Positions 56,201-64,000 of a stretch of 64,000 nt of DNA are shown here, in pieces. Position numbers and translations under genes: made by a program. Each line of letters begins with the position of its first letter. Positions within the stretch are counted from its first letter, which is position 1. Source of the stretch: Marsupella aquatica (taxonomy: Eukaryota > Plantae > Marchantiophyta); contig OZ316891.1 of NCBI GenBank assembly GCA_973895155.1, forward strand, positions 13,361,037 to 13,425,036. The letters run 5' to 3'. Below the pieces are notes generated by a model. It did not search any database and was not told where the DNA came from. It saw nothing but the letters and a program-made list of their open reading frames with translations.

Positions 56201-59200
56201 TTGGTTCTCCTTTGCCAAACTCGCAAGCTTAAGATTTTCATCATCCCTTTTGCTGGTCTGTAGCATGCACTCATCTTCTGTGTTTATCATTACCGCATCA
56301 TCCTCTTGCTTGTTGATTTGAATAGCTTCATATTGTCTCAACTGCAAAATATCTGTATCATTTAACTTGGATGTCAGATTCCTAAAACGAGTTTAGTACG
56401 AGTTACGACCTAATGAAACAAATCCAATTCAAGCTACATTTAATAATGACTACCAGAAACCTTATTACACAGTTGTAGTTTCTAGTAAGGGAAGTATTAC
56501 TACCTACATTACGTAAGCTAGGAAAGCATACTTTGATATGCTGGTGAAGAAACACATAACAAGAGCGCTAGTTGAGATGAGAATAGGGGGAGCACAATCA
56601 CCTTCAAGATTGGAAAAGGTTGGAGATGGGAGTGGTGATGGTGATGGCAGTGATGATCCAAAGGAGTTAGTGGTGCCCCTACTTCCCCTACTATGTTGAG
56701 GATGTGGGAAGGGAATATTTGTTATATTTGGTCTTGTCCTTTCGAGATTGTAAGTTGTAGTAGAAACATCTTGTTTTGTACCGATCTGGAAGAAGAAAAC
56801 TCTTAGGAAATGTCTTTATCTGTATAAATGGAGGGTTCAATACTGTCTAACATTCCATATTTTCTTTGGTCATGAGTAAATTGATAAAATTTAACATGTG
56901 TTTCAGACTAGCTAATGCTGCACAGTGCATAAGTTAGCAAGTCAGAGTGCAAATGTTTTGAACATTTCAAATTCATGGATGGATTACATGAAAAGATTTC
57001 AAGGCACCCTTACAGTAGCCACTTGAGGGACTTGCAAAAAGTTGAGCCTCGTTTTGAGTTCTTCTACTGTGCTTCCTCCTGCCAATGATTTCTGCTGACA
57101 CAATCAAGAACTCAAAAATTTCGAACTTGCTTTTAAGGCTCCTACCTTCTTTATTCAACTCACGAAGCACATGACTCTAAAGCAAAGTCAAAGGCAAAAA
57201 CAACAGAAACCATAGTCTGGTCCTACTCACACAAATCACAAGAGTTCTAAGCGCAATTGAAGGCAGCAATAACCAGAACCATAGTGGCTTGTCAATAATG
57301 ATCACTACTAAAGATTGTAATTATGGCGAGAGGATCGACTCATGTGCCTTCATATTCTATTTTGAGGGCCTCCAACGCAGAGTTTCCATGAACGCTTTTG
57401 GGGAGTTAAAAAACTTGACTTTTGGGTTACAACATTGACAAGCTTTTGGAAATTCGACAACATGTTTTATTTTTATTTGAAAACTTTGGCAACAACTTTG
57501 AAAGATACAAACTTTCTATGGCCAGCAAATGAAACAAAGGGTAGGATGCTACCCAAGGCAGTCGCACCCAGCAAAGGAGACTCACACAGCTGCTGATTAG
57601 GAACCCACCTGCTGCGATGTATACTTGGACAGGAGAACATCATGTTGGGATTTCCACCAGGCTACTTCGGCTTTCAACTCCTGTGAATGCAATTGACGTA
57701 AGCACATGTTAGAGACTGCTCTATTACTTTGTGTGTTTGTCTTGAATGAAGTGCTTTAATTAAAGTCTGAGGTAAAGGTCTCCCAGGAAAGAGTTTCACA
57801 GATGAAGTCCGGAGGGCTTTCATGTAGGAGATATCCTGATCGGGGAGGACTTAACAATGCTTTGAGTTTCAAAATCAACTAGACATGCCTCCTCAAAGTT
57901 GTTGAGTGCATTCTTCTGTGTCCAATTCTCACTAGGCAAGTTCCCTTAGTAAAGAGTTTCCAATCTCTAAACAAAATCTTAGAGTAAAGCTTGAAGTTGA
58001 ACTAACTTCAATAATAAATAGGAAAGGCAAGATCAAGATCCACAAGCGGGCCATCAGTACTATCATTATGCTGCGGCTACATCAAATATTATACAGAGGT
58101 ACACTGATCCCGCAACACGTTTGAAGCACCGGACGCCAGACACGTAGTAGAAGTCGGCCTTCACTCTGTTCATATTTTGGTGAATTTGGCGATCACCTAG
58201 CCAGTTTGCGAGTGTGAATCATTTAGCTTGTGCGTCGAACACGTTTGTTTCTGTGATCTCGCTGGCATTCCTGTTGTGGCTCTTCTGGGAGCACAATTTT
58301 CTGCAGCACCAGGCCACAGAGGACCGATGGCTGAACACCATGATCGTGGGGTTCTTCTGGGGTAATCTTATGCAGGGATTTCTAGGATTCCAATCAAGGT
58401 GTGTCAGAATTACATTCAAGCTTACAATGTAATTTACAGCTTAGGTAATACTTCATATTGGAAGGGTCCACCTCTCCGCTAGCATGACAGGCTTATCGAG
58501 TTTTGATGTGGAGTACAATCACTTGCTGAGGATCGGCCACCCAATTATCAACGTTTACGCTTGAAATTAAGCGAATCACCAGAGATGGGACCGGGGATAG
58601 GACGTACCTGCATTTTCTGATTTTGAAGTTGTACTGCCTCTCGAAAACATGCCTCCACACTCTCAATTTTTGTATTCATTTTGTTTCCATACGTCATCAC
58701 TTCTTTCTCTAATTCCCCCACCTGCTGGGTGCCGCCAGTTTAATGACATCTGTCAAGAGCCAAAAGACTGGAACTGGTACCGGCAAATATCAGTTGCTAG
58801 CTGACTGGGGAATATATTTATCATGATTAGGTTGCAAAACTTGCCTTAGCTAGGTAACTATCTAGCTGCCAAGGCTGTTCACCAAATCGAGTAAGACGAT
58901 TCTCTCCAGACTCCAATCTCCTTTGCAACTCTTCGATCTGTGATTTCTGTAACATTGTACACTTTCAAATATAAATACGCAATAAATGAAGCCTGCTTTC
59001 GGAAAGCCTTTGGAAACAGTTCTCCTCAGGTCCATACTCTTTGACTTACAGTGTCTGGTAGTAAATGCCTAAATACCATTCCCCAGTTTCTACATACCAT
59101 TTGTAACACCTGTTGATGTGCAGCTTCAAAATGCTGTAGTTTTTCTTTAGACTTTCGTGAGTCGAGTTCTGCCTTTGACTTGATGTCATCCTTTTCGGAT

Positions 59201-62200
59201 TGCAGTTGTTGCCTCTCCGCGGACATTTGCTGCAAAAGTATATGACTGGTTTGTTGAATGGAGCTTAGTTCTCTTGCGCAGTTGGAACATAGTTTGCCAG
59301 GCCACAGTCCAATTTGATACGTTGAGGAAAGAAGAGGCCGAGATTCAGATTTAAAAAGAGGAAGTATATTGTGGAGATGGAAACCGGGTAAAGTAGAATT
59401 TTCATTTGTACCTTGATAATTTTGTCTCTCTCCCGAATGAAATCCCGCATTTCTGCCACCTATCAGTGTACGGCGGTTTATCATAGATGCAAAGGATTAG
59501 CATATAAGTGGAAACTAAACCAGAGACTCTGTACTTTGGAATTTGAGCATGCATAAATTCCTACCTGCAAGTATAGTGACGTCCATAGCGAAACACACAA
59601 ATGTTTTAGATAACCTAGATTGACGGTGTTTTTCAATCTACGATATTATGCTCCACAGTTAGTGCTTGCAATCGAAACGATTTCTTAGCAGACTCACGGA
59701 TGCAACCTACTGGCCATCTTGGTGGCCTAAGAGACTAGCGAAATCCAGGGAATTTGCCATCCATTTAACTAATCCTATTCCCGTTCTTTTTGTTTGCTTA
59801 TCACAAAGGCTAAATTCACTTGAATGACAAATTTAACAAAATAATCTGTCTGGAGTTGGTTGAAAGCTAAGTACAGCTTGAGAATATTCTTCGTCCGCAA
59901 CCTCTCTCTTCCTCTCCTAAAAAGAGAAGTAAACCAGTTAGCGTCCTCCATCAACATGCTGTTAACAGCCAGCTACTTGCGTGGTAGTGTCCAAATGTTC
60001 ACAGCAGATCCGTAGTTCTTATCTTTTAATTTCTGGTTCTCACCTCGGCTAAGCAAGTCACCATATCCGGTGGCACAAATGGAGAATACTTCATAGTCTC
60101 CGTAAGATGGTCATAGTAAACAGAATATCTGCGGATAAGTAGTGTGCAGGAAATAACCCTCGTGTAGTGTTATTGATGCCAACGGACTGGTACAAGCTTG
60201 ACACTGTGAACTTCTCTGAGCTTGAGTTGCTCCAGGCATACGGCCGTGACTACCTGGAACTGCCTCTCTGAACGTCAATTCTAAAGCCCCTCCCTTAATC
60301 ATTTCTCTTCGCGAATGAAGTATTCAATGCACTTACAAACTTTCAAAACTTACCATTTCCTTGATTGTTGTTTCTGCTACAGATAGTTTGTTCTTCACTC
60401 CATCCAAGACAAGCTACACGACCATCGATGGTTACATATGCTTACACAGGAGCTCTAGAAGAAGGTGATGACCGAAGTTCATCAAGAAGGTAATCTACAC
60501 TGGACGCGGTTCTGTTGTAATCCTTAGTTACCTCTCACTGAATTGCTAAGAATTTTGATTCTGTAAACTTGAATCACGGTCTCACTATTCAATCTTCTGA
60601 TTTTAAGTTTGTTGAAGGACTACTCCCTTGCAAGGCCAAAGTTCCCGTATCTCCAATAGTTTCCTAAAGTATAAAACAAGCGTGGGTAACCAGTTCCCTG
60701 TTATCTATTGCTTTGCGCGCAAGAGCTTTAGACCTGTGACTGAAGCTCTTGTATGCGGATTCTGTCAAGGGTATGTGCTTCCAGCCTTTTACTGTGTAGT
60801 TCCAAGTCGACTTGTTTAATTTCTACCTCTGACTTCAGTTCTGCATTAACCAAGACACAAAAGTTGCACGATGAGTTTGGCTTGCTGGCAAGTAAAAAAT
60901 ACAGTCATAAGTAACGTTGTTTCAATTTTGCTACTGATATAATGGTAATGAAAAGAAAACTAAAACTTACATCAAGGCAGGATAGAACAATTTTGAATTG
61001 AAGTGCATAATCAAGAGTAACGTCGCCTATAGAGGAATCATCATTGAGATGCACAGAATGAAAACCTTCAAGATAATGTGCCCACTCTCTGAAGGAAATC
61101 ATACGATGAGCCTGACGCACGGATTTGAATGGGATTGTGACGGACGAATTCAAAGAGCTACCTGCACATGCGGTTTTGACAGCTTGCTTGTGCATTGTCA
61201 GGAGTTGCTCTTTCGTCAGCTGGAGGCTCTCCATCTGCGCAACACAAGACTAGAATCATTTGACGACGTCAAGCTTAGAGCTGCAGAATAGGATCCGACC
61301 ATTGTCATAGTCATTCGGATGGCCTTCCAATCGTAGAAGTTCTGCCATACATTAAAACTAATGGACTCCATTACTTGGAATTGCAGGGAATCTCAATAAG
61401 AAAGGGTATCGAAAGTCAAGATCAGATACTTGAAGCCCTAAAAACATAGATCTCCCGGAGATAAATGTACCTGTTCCCTCATGTCTAAAAGTGTTCGCTG
61501 GTATAGTTTGTCCTTCTCTTCGGCTTTGGTTCTCTCCTGAATACGCATTTACGGAGAACCAACTTGAAATGAACAGCTGTACGATTATACCTAAGCAATG
61601 ATCTGGAACATCATTATTTTAAACTGAAATCCTTTCGCACTGGTGTAGCAGATAAGAGTGCCCATGCAAACTGTCATAACGATAAAAGCAATAATGATAA
61701 ACACCTGAAGTCGTTGGCGTTCAGACTCCGCCAGCTTTTCGTGAGTTTCCTGAATGTTTTTTGTTGCTTGCTTTACCGACTCCTGTTTCAATTCCATTGT
61801 AAGTTTGGAGACTGATTGAGGAAAGATACCTTTGGGCAGACCTCATACCGGAGATGGCCACGTGCGGCTCATCGGAAGGGGAATGACTACTTGCATCTCA
61901 CTGAATATGGCTGAAAATTGAGATGATGATGGAGGCGAAGAGCCACCTGCAATGCTGATAGTTCCAATTCATATTGGGACAGCTCTACATCCCTCCCATC
62001 GAGCAGCTCCAAGTTGTACTGATAGCGTGCAAAAAGTTCCAATCAGTTTTATCATAGCAGATTTCTAAAACCACATTTCAGGTGCATTCCGACGAACGCA
62101 TACTAGATGAAGCAAGATGTGCACAGTTCCCGCGGTGGCTGAAATTTGAAGTTACAATTAAAAATACCAGAATCAGTTGCAGACCTTACACTGCGTCATC

Positions 62201-62904
62201 TCTCAGTCGTGCAGGGCCTAAGCTCCCAACCATATTTCCTCAATTATGCTAGGATTAAGGCTTTCATGACCCTGTTATATACTAGTATACAGTCGTAGTA
62301 TTGGACCGCGAGGAAATCGTCGAACAACGTATCAGAATTTTTACCTTGAAGTCCTCTTTGAGCGAACACAATTTTGCGTTCAAGTCAGCAATGTTCTCGT
62401 CTCTGTGCAGAACCTGACAACACACACATAGTAGTGATCGTGTTAGAGATAACTTAGCATCTTTTTAGCCACTTTGTCAGAAGATTGGACGAGGTGCTCT
62501 GGCTATTTTCCAAGGATACTCTGCATAATGTGATATGAAAGAACAATGCTCTGAGTGACAATTTGATCTCCAATCTTGGTGAAATGTTCTTCAGTGATGA
62601 GTTGACATTCTGTGTCTTCGACGGTATAATGGAGCTGGTAGATCTAGTTTTCTCTCTCCCCTAGAGTATAGGATGTTACGAATTCATATAAGTCCATCTT
62701 AACTCTCGTAGATCCATTACGCTAGGAATTTGGTTGTATACAAAGATATTTTGTGGAGAGATAGGCATGAAGGACCTGCTGTTGGAGGTTCTTGACTTGT
62801 TGCTCGCACATTTCGGCAAGCTCTCTCTCTTTCTGGACGCACAGTCTAACGAGCTCCTTCTCTTTCTGGTCAAATAAAGACCGAAAATCCGACTGAAAAT
62901 CCAT
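53220..62904 (-). CDS. CCDC57: CCDC57-like centriolar coiled-coil protein, ~21 exons
   Basis: First exons 62776-62904, 62345-62413, 61947-62018 and 61705-61782 give ...LCSLKEDFK|YNLELLDGRDVELSQYE, matching the CCDC57 motif I recall (LQEDFVYNLQVLEERDLELERYD). The last exon ends PRVRNYNIKDDDAWR* (stop 53220-53222), like the CCDC57 C-terminal RNYN. Middle exon boundaries are approximate. Confidence 0.8.
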
Positions 62905-63564
62905 GGCATCTTTCTAGGTTACCATGCCACTAAGATTCGTTCGTTTTCAATCGTTGGCTGCCAATACTTGGTATTGTTCGCAATTTGGAATCGTTCAAGG
63001 TCGCAATGACATGGACATTCCAAGTTTCCTGCCATACAAAGACACTCAACTGCCTCGTGATCATAAGCTCTGTTTCGACATTCTAGGTGATTGCACAAAG
63101 GCAAACGCGCAATTGCTAATTAAGCGCGACGTCAGATTCTTGGCACGGATGGCAAGTCGAGCTTCTGGCGCCATTGACTTTGAGAGAAAATTCTGGACTT
63201 TTTGGAGAAGATAATTGAAAGAATTTGCGAGATGCACCGGAACTTCAAGACTTGACTCTTTTCCTCTCACTTCAATTTTCTCAACAATCGTCCAGCGCCA
63301 GGAAGCCAAATGCTCTGATCATCTCCTCACTCATCGTCAAGGAATGTGAAGTAATAATAGTCGTCCAGCAGCATCGCCGACAATCGCTTCCCGGGAAAGA
63401 ACGGCAAAATTCCATCTCTGTGCAGTGCAGATCCCAACAAGAGTGATGGCTGTTGCAAAATCCCCTTACTCTCATTTTGGTGAATCCATTGGTCGGACGC
63501 TTCTTTGTCTCAGAGAGTATTGCAATGCTCTGTATACCATCACCTGCTTCTGAAGCCTTCACAA

Positions 63565-63690
63565 ATTTGCCGCTCAAATGTGGAACTCAATGTTACTTTG
63601 AGTAAGGGTAAGGGTAAGGGGGGGGGTGGGGGCGGGGGCGGGGGATTTGTCGCTCAAATGTGGAACTCAACGTTACCATGGGTAAAGGGA
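63565..63690 (+). repeat. 80 bp-period direct repeat enclosing a G-quadruplex-capable tract
   Basis: atttg.cgctcaaatgtggaactcaa.gttac at 63565 and 63645, flanking gggtaagggtaaggggggggggtggggggcggggg-type G-runs. Confidence 0.75.
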
Positions 63691-64000
63691 GGGGCTTTAC
63701 AAGAAGGTGGGGGCCTTTCAGTGTCTCTTCGAAGCAAAGTAGACTGCCAGTTTCCTACACTAAATTTAAAATGAGTGAGCAAAAATGTGTAGGTCTAGAG
63801 ATAATAAATGCAATTCACTGAAACGAAGCAGTGGCTTGGTCCATCTTGTGGACCACTTCAAAAGTAAGTCTAAGTTTTTGACAAAAAAACATGTACAGAT
63901 CAGCAATGAACCTGATTCACAAAGGGTGACAGATGACTAAGTTAGGTAATGGTTTTGTTTGATTGTGTCCCCATGTTAATGAAGTCTGGCCTGTTACACA

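Overview
Eukaryotic nuclear DNA from a land plant. A non-seed lineage with flagellated sperm, such as a liverwort, is inferred from a CCDC57-like centriolar gene and the compact intron style; this is inference, not a database result. Six protein genes were read: (1) a >1769-codon single-exon coiled-coil gene (At4g38062-like, minus strand) that runs off the left edge and is missing from the ORF track; (2) a renalase-like FAD oxidoreductase (At3g04650-like) with a long Arg/Gly-rich N-terminal insert; (3) CDKA (PSTAIRE); (4) Tudor-SN; (5) a two-block P-class PPR gene; (6) a ~21-exon CCDC57-like gene. Intergenic DNA holds three related solo LTRs with target-site duplications, two of them converging on a two-tier hairpin. 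It also holds a ~1.9 kb foldback palindrome, a 3.76 kb TG...CA element with a TATA box and a decayed accessory ORF, a MITE-like element and several tandem repeats. No tRNA, rRNA or CRISPR features were seen. Exon boundaries were read by eye.
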